A stretch of DNA of 64,000 bases from NCBI GenBank assembly GCA_964016885.1, contig OZ024743.1:348564001-348628000 (forward strand). Direction: 5' to 3'. The position numbers and the translations under genes were made by a program. The notes beneath the pieces were generated by a model. It had not been told where the DNA came from. It did not search any database and worked only from the letters and a program-made list of their open reading frames with translations. Positions within the stretch are counted from its first letter, which is position 1. Every line of letters starts with the position of its first letter. Of this stretch, positions 1 to 14,137 are shown piece after piece. Source of the DNA: Eledone cirrhosa (Eukaryota).

Positions 1-10
1 TATTTTAAAT

Positions 11-1863
11 TTGTCTCAGGCAGACATTCATTTCCCGCCATTACCAATGACTGCAGGTGTTAAACCCTCCACCACCACCACCACCGCGACAACCACCACC
101 ACCACCACCACCACCGCGACAACAGAAACAAAAGAAGAAAAAAATAAAGTAACTCGTGACGTCGAAATGAAATCAAGCAAAATGGACTCTTCCCCACCAA
201 AGACGACTGACGTCACCACCACCACAACTGAAAATAAAATTAATATTAACGATAGCAACAACAACAACAATGACATTATAAAACCGACCCTCAGTTTCGC
301 CATCGTAGCAAAACAATTCGAAGCGTTCACGGTAACTCAAGAAGATTTAGAAAATGCCAAACAAATGGTAAAGAAAGATGGGTACAGGGTCAGCCTCACC
401 CCCCACCTAATAAAATGGAGCATCGGCGCCTATGCACCGTGTCGTATAGAACAATAAATGTAAAATCGCGCCGAGTGGAACGGGCATCCGAGTCCCAAAT
501 CCAAAAGGCTTTGGGACATGTGTGGGCAAGAAAAACCCACATCAGACGTGGGCAAAAGTATGGAACCGTGGATGTGTTCTTTGAAACACCAGAGGAGGCT
601 AGAGAACACTCCATGGCCCCATTAAAAAGTGACGACTTCACACTCGTCCCAAGCTATTGTGGCCAGAGACTCGTAAAGATCAGGGTGACCCACGTTCCAC
701 CGGCCATCGAAATTCCCTGGCTAATAGCGGCTGTCATCGCCGGCATCGAGGCCAACACGAAAATAATAACAATAGCAAAAGAAAAGCAGGAAAACTGGTC
801 CGGATCTGGGATGGAGCTCCTGATCCAAGCGGACCAAAAAAGCATTGAGGAGATCCCAGAGGTAATAGACCTCACTGACGGTAGCCACCTCACGTTAATT
901 GTCGAGGGCAGAAGACCTAGGTGTGTCGTTTGTGGTGAAGGAACCCACCTAAGGGCTTTCTGCCCTCAGGCTAAAAGGTTGAGGCCACCTCTCCTACCCA
1001 CCCCAGTGACACAACCATCAACACCACCAGTAGCAGAGATGCCAGCATCAACTGTAGCAGTAACAACAGAAGCAACTATAACAGCAACAACCCCAGCAAC
1101 AGTAGCAAAACCAACACCACTACCACCACCAGCAAAACCGACACCACCACCACCCAACGCTTCAGAACTAGCACCAGCGCCTACACCATCCATCACACCA
1201 CAACCAAAACTAACGGCTGTGGAGGATTTTCCACTCCCCGGCCTATCACAACTGGAGACAGATTGTGACGACGAGGAGTGGGAAACGATATCCGGAAAAA
1301 AAAAAAGAAACCAAAAAAGAAAAAATTCTCTTCCTTCCCCCTCCAAAAACAAAATACAGAGGGAAACAAATAAACTAAGAAACAAAAAAGTTAGGACAGA
1401 TATGCCACCATCCACACCAGCATCACCAACCCCATCAACCCAAACACCAACACCATCACCATCATTAACTCCAACACCACCATCACCTACACCACAAAAG
1501 TCACCAAAATGCGAAACAGAAACAGACCCACAACAAACGCAAACAAAACAAAACAACCAAAACGATACACACTACACAGCATTAAATTTGAACAACAAGC
1601 AATTATTGCACTACATCCAACACAACACCAGCATCACAGAAAAAAACTACACAACAACCCCAAAATTCACACCACCTCCACACATACAAATCACTCGCAT
1701 CACACAGAAAACGTACATGACACTAAAACAAAAATTCCCCAAAGACATCGGAGACTTCCGACAAGCACTCTCCAGGAGAATTTATAAGGACATCCTTCCT
1801 GAGGAGGCCACAAGCAGTGAAAAGGATGGAAAAGCCGTCCTTCCCCTACGAGAAGTAAGGTAA
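11..1863 (+). pseudogene. LINE ORF1 (gag-like), split by a frameshift near 399-404
   Basis: ORFs 11..457 and 415..1863 overlap in different frames at a C6 run. Zinc knuckle CVVCGEGTHLRAFC, then Pro/Thr-rich and basic segments. Confidence 0.85.
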
Positions 1864-1897
1864 GTGGTCTTTCCCATCTTTTCCACTCCTTTTCAAC

Positions 1898-4800
1898 ATG
1901 ACCTCACTCAGAATAGGCAGCATAAATGCGCGTGGATTGGGGTCGTCATGGAAGCAGGGCCTAATGCTCAACGACCTCAGGTCACTAAACATAGATGTAG
2001 TGGCCATCAGCGAGACCAGAATCTCCGAAGCACAGGCTTTCGCACCGATCTTCGGCGGCTACGATGTGTACGCATCTCCCAGCCGTCCGGGATCGGGGGG
2101 AGGAGTTGCTGTGCTTTTTCCGAGAGGTTTGGATCTTGCCATACGGGCCATCTTCCTGGACCCAGAAGGTAAGTTGGTGGTGCTGGACGTGACCAGCGGA
2201 GACGGGCAAGCTTTCAGGTTAGTGGCCGTCTATGCCCCTACAGGAGCAGGGCGGCCTGATTTCTTCCGGCGTCTGGAGACCTTTCTTGGAACGTCCCGCT
2301 CTTTAGTGTTAGTGGGCGACTGGAACGGGATCTTAGATGCACGCTGGGATTGTGTGGGATTAGTGGATAGGGAAGGAGGGTGCAAGAGTCTCACCAACCT
2401 GCTCAGACATTTTGAACTGTCTGACAGGTACCGAATGGATTTCCCGAATATAGCAATGTGGACTTGGACAAATCGCATAGGGTCATCCAGATCATATCTA
2501 GATAGAGTATTTTGTAGGGAAATAGATAGGTCTAGCATAGGCTGTCCACAATTCAAGATAGTCAGCTACACGGACCACAAATTCGTGATCTGTGTGCTTG
2601 ACTTAGATAGGCTTCATAGACGAGGACCCGGCTACTGGAAGCTAAACGCGTCCTTACCAGCGCGCAAGGCCTACAGAGATCGGATTAGCGAACTAGTTAA
2701 GCGGGCGTTGACGGGGGCCATCGTCAACAACAAGTGGTGGTTTGCTCTGAAAAGAGCAATTAGAATAGAGTCCATTAGGTTTAGTAAGACTTTAGCAATA
2801 GAGTAAAATAGAGCAGAGGGAGAATTAGTTAGAAAATTAGATGAGGCGCTTAGCAAAGGCATCGCGACCGACGTACTTGCGGCGAAATTGGCCCTTGACC
2901 AATTCTTCAATGCAAAGCACGAAGGCTGCGTTGTCAGAGCTAGGGTGCGTGCTCTCAGACACGAGGGGACGAAAGCCGTTCAATGGGCCCGAGTGGCGGA
3001 GGCGCGTCGTGGCAACAAAGCCACGATCCGGTCTTTGGTGGACCACGACGGGCGCATGCTACTCGATCCCGGGCAAATGTGTGAAGCTTTTGAGCGACAC
3101 TTCGCTCAACTGTTCGGGGGCAGTGGCGGGCCGGATCGAGGGATGGACTTTAGTGTCTACCTCGACGGACTGCCGCGGCTTTCGGCCACTGAGGCGGAGT
3201 GTTGCGAAAAGCCGATAACAACCGCTGAAGTACGGGATGCAATGACTAGTTGCACAAGGGGCAAATCGCCTGGTTTGGATGGTCTGCCCTATGAACTTTA
3301 CGTACAAATGCCAAACTTGTTCGGAGGCCTCTTGGCGGACGTCTACTGCAACTGGCAACAGAACGGGAGAATTCCCAGCTCTGTGAGCCGAGGAGCGGTG
3401 GCGCTGCTGAGAAAGGATCCGAACAAGGGGGATAACATAGATAATTTTAGGCCCATAACTCTGCTAAACACAGAGTTCAAGATTTTGTCCAAGGTGCTAG
3501 CAAAGAGGTTGGCGCTTGTCGTTGGTGGTCTGGTGGGAGAGGCACAGACATGCGCCATTCCCGACAGATCCATCCACGACAACCTCCACCTCATGCGATA
3601 CATCGTAGAGAGGGTAGCGAGGGAACCTGGCACGGGTGGGTCTTTGATCAATTTAGATCAGTCGAAAGCCTTCGATAGGGTCGACCATCGTTACCTAACG
3701 GCAGTCCTGAGGGCGGCTGGCTTTGGGCCCGTCTTCAGAGGCTGAATCGCTGCCATGCACAGCGACATCTGCTCTGTAGTGAGAGTGAACGGTCACCTTT
3801 CGGAACCGTTCAACATCATGCGCTCGGTCCGCCAAGGATGTCCCCTCTCGTCCCTATTGTACGTATTGACTCTCGAGCCATTACTGCACAAACTGGAGAC
3901 GTTGAGGGGGGTCCCGCGCGAACTAGGATGCGGAAGATCCGTGTCAGCATATGCCGACGATGTCACCGTAGTGGTGTCGAACGCCAAACACATCGAGGCG
4001 ATCGGCACTACACTAAGAGAATACGAAGAGGTGACAGGAGCAATGATCAACCAGGAAAAGTCAGTGGGCCTGCAGCTCGGCACCTGGAGAGGCAGGTGCA
4101 TGCCGTCCAACAGCGTCGTCGGGCGCTGGACGGACGGACCGGTTAAATTGCTAGGGGTCTGGTTCGGTCCAGACCTCCAGACGGACAAAAACTGGGACGA
4201 GGTGACGAGCAGGGTGGCTTCTCTCACCCAGAAATGGGCCGAGAGGAAGCTATCCCTGAAATGTCGAGCGGAGGTGGCGAATGCGTACATCGCATCCGTC
4301 ATCTACTACCGCCTGACCGTCGTACCTTGTCCTAAGCCCCGCCTGACTGCGCTGGAGCGTTTGCTCTTTCGCTTCTTGTGGAAGGGACGCGCTCCGATGG
4401 TCAGGCGGTCCATCTGCTGTCAACACCCGCTACCTGGAGGGCTGGGCATGCCGTGGCTGATGATGCGCAGACACGCGCTCAGGCTACGACATCTCCACCT
4501 CTTCCTCGACGGTGATCAGGTGTGGTCGCCGTTTGCAAGACACGTTTTTCCCCAGCTCGTCTCCTTGACGGAGCTGCAGTCCTGGGTCAAGCGAAGACCG
4601 AGAGGGAGCGCTTGGAGACTGGAATGTCTTCAGGCGCTCACAGCCCTCGACCAATCGGGCAATGTGATCGGTGGAAACTCCACCTTGGCGTTCTATAGGG
4701 GATTAGTGGAGGGGAAGAGCGACGACGTACTTGGAGAAACTCTAGGCGTCGACGAAAATCAACTAGCCAATCTCTTCGGAAGGACTTTCGGGCCGGGGCC

Positions 4801-5317
4801 TATGGACAACTTCCAGAAATCCCTGGCCTGGCAGTGCTACCGAGGAGCTTTGCCAGTTCGGGATAAACTCTACAGGCATGGAGGTGCCGTCAGCCGGGCA
4901 TGTCCGAGATGCGCGCAGGGCGACGAAACCGTCCTGCACGCACTCGTCCAGTGTCCGAGCATTGCTGACTTGTGGGTTTATGTCGAACACCTGCTGTCAC
5001 GTGTAGGACGGATCCAGCTATCAGCTGAGTCCATCGTGAGGATTGCCCCGCCCCCTTCCTTTAGCCTGGAAGGGCAGGCAGTTTTTATCTGTCTGGTGGC
5101 CATGGCGAAAGAGATAGTATGGTGGACACGTTTGAAAGGGCTGAAGACGAGCACTTACCTCTTCGGTGATGCCCTGATTAACTTTTTCAAATTTCATTTG
5201 AAAAGGAAAATCAGGGTAGAGAGGGAAGTGCTCTCTTCCCAGCATTTGGTTGAAAGATGGGTGAGAGAAGCAAGTATGGCCCGAATGAATGGGCCTTCTC
5301 TGAGTATGTGTCTGTAA
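1898..5317 (+). pseudogene. LINE ORF2 (APE endonuclease-reverse transcriptase) with two in-frame stops
   Basis: ORFs 1898, 2888 and 3755 share one frame, with stops TAA 2804-2806 and TGA 3743-3745. Motifs: INARGL, ISET, GDWN, YLDRV, TDH, KSPGLDG, NFRPITLLN, DQSKAFDRV, RQGCPLS, AYADD, CPRC-x8-H-x4-C. Confidence 0.95.
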
Positions 5318-5559
5318 ATTAAAGGTGGAAAACTGGGAGAGGGCACTTGCCCTGGTGGTCACGGCCACTGTGGTCTTTTAATGGGCTTTCTCCACAAATG
5401 TCCCTTGGAAGTCTCCCCCCTATTGGGGAATTTTTCTTTGTTATTTTATTTCAACCTCTGTTTTTTTACACGCAGAAATGCCCATTTGTACCGTCCTGTA
5501 TTGTCCTGTACTGTCCTTAATGTCTACTTTATGTGAACCCTTGTGGTTAATAAAGAAAA

Positions 5560-5599
<40 letters not shown>

Positions 5600-6070
5600 A
5601 AGAGATAGAGAAGAGAGAGAAAGAGAGAAAAAGTTAGATAGATAGATACTTATATATATATATATGTGTGTATTCTTAGTAGATGTAGAAGGTATCGAAA
5701 GAAGAAAATATTTGTCAACACAGTCTATTGCTATGAATAATAGCTCAGAAAATCGGGTAAAATACGTATATATATGGATAAAAGTGACCAGTAGTAGTTA
5801 CAGTGAATAAAACTCTGTACCTCACAAATTCCGTTACAGATGTAGATTCTCTAGGGCGGCTAATCGCCACCTTTTTAGTCTACAAGGATATTTTACCTGA
5901 TTTTAGCTATTACTAATAGCACACAACTGTGCTCGCATTTATTTACTGTATACATTTACTAAGAACTTCAATCCACACGAAGCTCCGTTGGTTTAGTTGT
6001 AAACGTCGATATATTCATATATATAAATACATATTTATATATATTCATATATATGTATGTATATATAAAA

Positions 6071-6147
<77 letters not shown>

Positions 6148-6195
6148 TGTGTGTGTGTGTAGATACTTCAAACACACACACATGCACACAAACAT

Positions 6196-6255
<60 letters not shown>

Positions 6256-7070
6256 ATGTATGTTTGTTTGCATGTGTGTGGGTTTGATGTATCTACACAC
6301 ACACACTCACACATACATATATCGTGTGAGTTGGTGTGTAAGTTAGTGTATTAGAAATAGAATCACAAGATGTTGTCAGACAGAAAACACCCAAAATATA
6401 AAAAAAAGATATGAAAGACCTACAATACACCAAATCAAAAAATGGAAAAATATACAAATACGATGTACAGAAAAAAAAAATCGTGATGTGAGAAGAGCGA
6501 GTAGAAAACAACATTAAAATAATATCCGGACAAAGGGAAAATGAATGAGGAAAGAAAGACGGAGAGCAATTATAAAAGAAATATAAAATAAAAAGAAAAT
6601 CAGAGAGAAATATTATGGACATATAAAATATAAAACATTATAAAGAACACAAGGAATGAATAGAATCTGGACGCTGAGAAAGAAGAATCTATTAAGAAGG
6701 TTAAATGTGATATAAGCGTGTGTGTGCCCTTATAAGGAGATGATAGTGGGTCAGGACATGAAAAAAAGATATTAGCGAAAACAGGCGAAGGAGTAAGCTG
6801 TATTTGTCAGCGGGAGACACAATAAAAAATGTATTTCACTCCTGGAATTATTCCTGTTTAATCAAATACATAACGACCTTATGATGGCAGCCATGATATT
6901 TAACGAGAGAAATATTGATGGTTATGTTATTATGAATTGCTATGGCAGTCAACTAGAACGAAACACGTTATATATACAACGTGTGTTTGCGAATACACGC
7001 GCAATCTTGCTTTTCTCTCCCTATCTCTTACTCTCTCTCTCCCTGTATATACACACACACGTGCGTGCAC

Positions 7071-7108
<38 letters not shown>

Positions 7109-7185
7109 TATATATATATATATATTATTATTATTATTTCTGGCAATATTATAACAATATTACCCTCCCCAAATATAACAAATAT

Positions 7186-7249
<64 letters not shown>

Positions 7250-7269
7250 GGAGTGAGAAAGAGAGAAAT

Positions 7270-9741
7270 TAAATGACAGAGAAAACAATCCCCAAATCTT
7301 AAACAAATATATTTAATGGCTTACAATTGTTTCGGAAATCATATCAACATTCTGCACATACAGATGATAATTATCGATAATAAAATCCATAATAGTAAAT
7401 AATTATAAAGAGAAAAGATTGATATGGTCTCCTCCTCGGAGCCGAAAAGAAAAAATAAGCATAAAATTCAAAAATACATGCCACTGAAAAAAGGGACTCT
7501 AATAAATATAAATCCTAAAGCATAGCCGTCCACATATTAATGATGGAATTAAAATAAGAATACATATTAATTTCGAAGAATTTAACCGTATAAATAAAAA
7601 TGGAGTATGTATGAAACTGGAAGTAAGTAAGCGAATATAGCAAAGGGCATAACTATGTTGAAAGGGAGATAATTACTAGAATTAGATGAGAGATATTTAA
7701 AAAAAATTAAATATTTAAAAGAAGAAACAAGGGTCTTAGTTTTATAGTAAAAGGTAGAATAAAAAGAGGTATGTATATGCGGAAAGAAATATCATGTAAA
7801 ATTAATCAAGAGAGTTAATATATGAGAAATCATTAAAAATAAAAATTAGAGAGAGGTGTATAAAAGTAGGAGAAAGGCGTTGGTAGTAAAGGAAAACACT
7901 TAAAAGAAATTATATAGAGGGATATTATAGGAAGTGTATTATAAATTATTATAAATATGAGTGTGTTAAAGGGAGTATAAATAGGTGTGATAATTTGTGC
8001 TATGGCCAAATGGGATATGGCAATGGGTATACTAATTATAACAGTAAAAAAATAAAGAGAAATAAAACAATATAGAAATAAATAAAAATAAAAATGAATA
8101 GAAAGGAGGGTTTATAGAGAACATGGTGAAAGATTATTAAATTAGTGACAAATGAAGGATAAGCACTTAGATAAGGAGTGTTAAAACTAAAGAGAAAAAA
8201 ATATAGAAAGAAACAATAGGAAATGCATTATTAAACATGAATTATACATGAGAGTGCGTTACCTTCAAAGAGCAAAGGTAAGATATTTAAAGAAGGAAAT
8301 AACAGGAATCACCTATTAACTAAGAAAAAGGGTGTAGAGGATACAGAATAGGGGTTATAAATCAAGATAATATACTAAGTGGGAGTAAAGAAAAAAATAA
8401 TATTAATATAAGATGGGGAAAAGTAAAAGATAAAAAAATATATACAATATGAACTAACTAGGAAGAAATTTAAACTAGTTAAAGAGTGAAGATCAGGGAA
8501 GTAGAGTGGAGTGTTAAAAAGGAATAGTAAAAGTATATAGCCAATTTAATTGTGGGATCGAAAACTCTGTTAGCGAACGAGTATGCCAAATGATGAAGGG
8601 AGTTAATTACAATCTCCTTGCGATCATTTATTGAGCTCGGCTTATACATAGGTAGACATAGTGAAATGAGCTTCCGATAAACAGAGATCTTTACAACAAT
8701 TGTAAGGCGGGGATTTAGCTAAGAAATCCCAAATTACAGAGTATTCAATATTAGAGAATTTGAGTTGATTTATATGTCTGGCTAAAGAGGAAGAACATTT
8801 TAAATTACTATTCTTAAAGGAATGTCTTTGTGAATTAAAACGAGTGTTACATGGGTTAACAGTAGCTCCAATGTACGTTTTAGTGTCAATACGTGTTTTA
8901 ACAGTGCATCTATATGCTAAATTATTAGTTAGACATTGACCATTCAGAGGGTAGGCATTAGGATTTCTACAATTACAGTTAGGCTTAGAGGTGGTAGATA
9001 TTGTAGGTAAGAGGGTAGAACTAGTATGCGTATCATTTGATGGTGAGTTAAAAGAAAAACTATTAATGTCAGAATTATTTGTAAATAAAGGATTAAATGG
9101 TAGAGCTAAATATACTGAAAGGGAGGCACTACGTTTCTTTAGTTTCTTATGGTTACTGAAATCAATATAATCAGCCAGGTTAGGGGTTGTAGAGAAATAC
9201 ATTTTAACATTATTTTTCTTAAATAGTTTATAGTAGTTATGGCTAGGATGGAAGTTTTATGGAGGTTTGAAGGTACACTAGAGGAAAACGGAAGGTTAAA
9301 CCTGGACATATTACCAGATCTATTACGGCACGGAGTACTAGCAGTATTGGGAGGATTTATAGGTATATTTAGAGTACATTTTAAGTTATGTGTACTAGAG
9401 TATGAATTATTTGTATTACAGGAAGGCGTTTGGTTAAGGTGTGTATTAGAACTAATCCTGAAATCATTGCTAGGAGTACGTAGCAAACCATTATAACGAG
9501 ACCGGGTTTTCTGTCAGTGTTTTTAAATCTATTATTACAAGAAAGAAAACTCTGTGCAATTACATTATTATTACGTAAACTATGGGTGGATAGAACTTCA
9601 GGTAGGCAATAAATATTATCCTTATAGCCTGATTTAGAAAGAGCCTCATTATAGTACCACGCTATTTCATAAAATATATTCTCATTTGCAGAGAGGCTCG
9701 AGATTCTATAAGAGATTCACATTAAAATAGATTTAAGAATA

Positions 9742-9745
<4 letters not shown>
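7270..9745 (-). mobile_element. Penelope-like element, 5'-truncated: RT C-terminus, GIY-YIG endonuclease and long 3' region with HHR
   Basis: Minus strand reads RISSLSANENIF and YYNEALSKSGYKD (~9610-9715). ORF 8642..9202 has CNCR..PLNGQCL..NLAY..YIGAT..RFNSQRHSF..LARHI. Flanked by (GA)n and (TA)n. Confidence 0.85.
7318..7444 (-). ncRNA. Hammerhead ribozyme (type I) with long stem II insert
   Basis: Minus strand: GGCT-CCGAGGA-GGAGACCATATCAA...TTGATATGATTTCC-GAAA-CAATTG-TA-AGCC. One core mismatch. Confidence 0.75.
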
Positions 9746-9824
<79 letters not shown>

Positions 9825-9921
9825 TATATTTGTTTGTGGGTTTCTGTGTACTAATATGTATAGTTAAACATGCATTTACAAACATAAATACAAATATGAA
9901 TACAAACATGAATACAAATAT

Positions 9922-10720
<799 letters not shown>

Positions 10721-10804
10721 CTTATGGCTAAAACACCACGACGTCGTGTAACCAGCGGCGCCGACTGACGCCCGACAGACTGGTCGGTCAAGGTGATCAA
10801 GGTG

Positions 10805-10846
<42 letters not shown>

Positions 10847-10848
10847 AT

Positions 10849-11335
10849 GTAAAGGGTAAACAGAAATAACCACACAATCGGTACAGTATATGGAAGGTAT
10901 ATATTAGGTTAACGGTTGATATAGCAGGAAGAGGGTCTTAACCTTTCGGACGTAAGTCCTTTATCAGAAGAAAGAATGTGAAATAAAATAGATTGAAGGG
11001 ACGGGCGGGATGGATTTGGAAATATATATATATATATATTCGTTGGATTTTCTAATTGTATTTTCACCCCGAAACTGAATACCAACCCCGAGTATACCTG
11101 AACGTCCACCTTCTTCTTGTCACCCGTCTATTTTCATCCGCACACCAGTACATTCACCATTCCAATTCCAACCAGCCCGTCCATTCAATCTATCTTATTT
11201 TAAATTCTTTCTTCTGATGAAGGATTAGCGTTCGAAACGTCAATACCCTCGTCCTGCTATATCAAGCCTTAACCTAATATATTCCTTCCATTTACTTTAC
11301 GGATTGTGTTGTTATTTTTGTTTACCTTTTACATA
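10849..11335. repeat. Inverted pair of PLE pseudo-LTR family A, carrying an HHR
   Basis: Arms ~10849-11008 and ~11173-11335. CTGATGA(11214)-AGGATTAGCGTTC-GAAA-CGTC. Same family at 43300-43478 and 43852-44050. Confidence 0.8.
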
Positions 11336-11384
11336 CATTACACACACATACACACGCACACACACACAACACACACATACACAC

Positions 11385-11416
<32 letters not shown>

Positions 11417-11421
11417 TCATT

Positions 11422-12059
11422 TAGGTTTGTTGATTCACCACTGGATAGAACTGGTCATTCCATATAGTCCATCTTCATGTAATAATAGGGAGAGCACTCG
11501 ACGTAATGCAACTCACCCGTCCTCGTTTGTGTTGTTAATGGTACCAGTACAGAGTTACTTATTCTAAAATAACAGGAGGCTGGACTGATGTAACTCCTTA
11601 AATGTCTATTATACTATGAATATTACAATGACCGGGTTCAGTATGAATCCGGCGACATCATCAGGTATTCCGAAATTTATCCAACAGAGGAATATAAGAA
11701 TAGACACTGTCCAAGGGGCTAACAAGCAGAGAGAAATGCCCAAGACGAGATGGCGGCCAAAAATTAGTAGTTGCTAGTCCGGGCGGGCGCCGCCCTCGTT
11801 GGATAAATTTCGGAATACCTGATGATGTAAACCGGATTCATACTGAACCCGGTCATTGAAATATTCATATTATAATAACTATTTAAGGAGTTACAGTCCA
11901 GCCTCCTGTTATTTTAGAATAAGTAACTCCGTACTCGTACCACTAACAACACAAACGAGGACGAGTGAGTTGCATTACATCGAGTGCTCGCCCTATTATT
12001 ACATCAAGATGGACTATACGGAATGACCAGTTCTATCCAGTGGTGAATCAACAAACCTA
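11422..12059. repeat. ~270-bp inverted repeat carrying an HHR-like core
   Basis: Arms 11422-11690 and 11793-12059, ~100-nt spacer. CTGATGA(11819)...ACCGG...CCGGT...GAAA(11858). Confidence 0.85.
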
Positions 12060-12802
12060 TCAGTAGTACCTAGCGTTGCCAGGGTAGGTAAGATATTATA
12101 TGCTTTGATGAAAAGGTGTCGATAACTCATCTATGGCCAACCACAGGCCATACAGGATGGGTAGTGATGACCTCTATCACTGAGAAACCCGGCTGACTGA
12201 CGAAGGGGCATGCTGGGGGAGGCAGTTTCGAATTTGATCGAAATCGGTTGAAAAATGTGGGAGCTAGAGCAGAAAAGGCGGAAATTTGAGCGAAAAGATG
12301 GTATTTTCGAATATTTAAGCGGCTGCCACGCCGTTCCTGAACAAAAAATCCAAATTGTACAGCCACGCTACGACGTGAAATAATCAGATCTAGTAGGTTG
12401 ATTAATGTGGGAGCTAGATTCGAAAAAGTGGAAATTTGAGACTAAAAGTGGTATTTTTTAATATTTAAGCGGCTGCCACGCCGTCCCTGAAAAAAAATGC
12501 AAAATATAAAGCCATTACAGGATTTGCAAAGATAAATTCTATTTTGCTTTAACATTTGAACGAATTCGGTGGCAAAATGGGGGAGCTAGAGCCAAAAATG
12601 ATATTTTTCGATACCTAAAAAAAGGTGATTTTTATCTGCAGAATAACCCCGGAATAAAAAAAACGATGCGCTGATATATAGAAAACACTCCCCGATGACT
12701 AATCTATGAGCCTGTAAAGTTTCATGAAAATCGGTCGTAAGATGTAGGTCCATATAGGTAATACACAGACACACACACACATGCTTAATTTTATATATAT
12801 AG
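12056..12802 (-). mobile_element. Non-autonomous Helitron
   Basis: Minus-strand 5' end TCTATATATATAAAA; degenerate CTAG/hairpin 3' end; internal repeats of ATGTGGGAGCTAGA. Confidence 0.6.
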
Positions 12803-12825
12803 ATATATATATATATATATATGTA

Positions 12826-13110
12826 TATATACGATATTAATAAATGGAAACTATATTTATAAAACCATATTTATTTCATTATACATATTTCAGGGATACC
12901 AAATTAAATTATGGTATGCCTTCCTCAGACAAAATACAATATATAACAGTTTGACAAATAAGCTTTGACGTACCCTTTTAAAATGCAACCATTATTTTTG
13001 GAAGCCATCTGAGGAAGGCATACCATAATTTAATTTGGTATCCCTGAAATATGTATAATGAAATAAATATGGTTTTATAAATATAGTTTCCATTTATTAA
13101 TATCGTATAT
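12826..13110. repeat. ~104-bp near-perfect inverted repeat containing an HHR
   Basis: Arms 12826-12929 and 13008-13110. CTGAGGA(13009)-AGGCATACCA-loop-TGGTATCCCT-GAAA-TATGTATA. Confidence 0.85.
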
Positions 13111-13197
13111 CTACTCCACATACTTGTCGAGTGCTTTATATCAGTTATAAAAATATTTACTTGTTGTATCCCAACAATTTTAAATAGAACTTTTGCA

Positions 13198-13253
<56 letters not shown>

Positions 13254-14065
13254 AACAATGAATTATATTGTTTGTTGATTATCATTCAAAATAAATATGG
13301 TATTCAGAAGTGAGGCCAACATTGCTACAAAACTTTGAACCTTACAGGTGTTGGTGGATTAAATATCTGTGAAAGTTAGCCAAAACATATATTAAGATCA
13401 CGATGATTACATTATAAGCACAGTTTCTATTAATTAACACAAATGTTAAGTACATCATAACCCATATTAAAATAGTTTGTTACCTATAATAGTAATAGTA
13501 ATTAACTGATATTTAAAAAAAATAATTTGTTAATTTCTTTTTAAACCCCTATTCCAAATTTGAAATATAACCTCCTGCTCATATACGTCAACATTCTTGA
13601 AATATTACGTTCAACAACACGTACATTATTTCACCCCAAACATAAATACACACAGGCGTCTTACGCTCATGGGCCCATATGTGCCCGCGCGCACACAGAG
13701 ATTTGCGCAATCACACACACAGATACGCACATACAAACACGCAGCCTACGCTGACATCAAAGTCAGCCATTACCAATAATACTAGAATTAATTCAAGGCG
13801 TTTTAGAATGTGGTGTATACATTTCTTTTAAACATATACCATCCAATGATACCTTGCATAGGGTGCAGACATCTTAGGGAAACAGACACGTGTGTTTCAT
13901 ATAAGTTAAGGGACGAAACACTTGCGTGTGGCTTTTATCCTTTTCAGATGGGCTCCTGCTGTCCAGATCACCAGAGATTTTCTTACCACCACTACACACA
14001 CGCACACACATGACCCTCCCAAAGTATAACAATATATATTTATATATATATATATATATAGATAC

Positions 14066-14129
<64 letters not shown>

Positions 14130-14137
<8 letters not shown>

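Larger units (their letters stand above)
1..5598 (+). mobile_element. Near full-length L1/Tx1-clade non-LTR retrotransposon; 5' end probably lies before the window
   Basis: ORF1 with CCHC knuckle, ORF2 with APE, RT and C-terminal Cys motif, ~240-nt 3' UTR, AATAAA at ~5549 and (ATT)n tail 5561-5598. Confidence 0.93.

Noticed and set aside
395-420. Programmed frameshift in ORF1
   Set aside because: A single-base loss in a C run explains it; no slippery heptamer or pseudoknot is evident.
3743-3745. TGA readthrough or alternative genetic code in ORF2
   Set aside because: Likely a TGG>TGA mutation; other Trp codons are TGG and a TAA stop is also present.
5960-6012. Degenerate HHR (CACACGA..GTAAACGTC) near a short IR at 5729-5921
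   Set aside because: Too many core mismatches to call.
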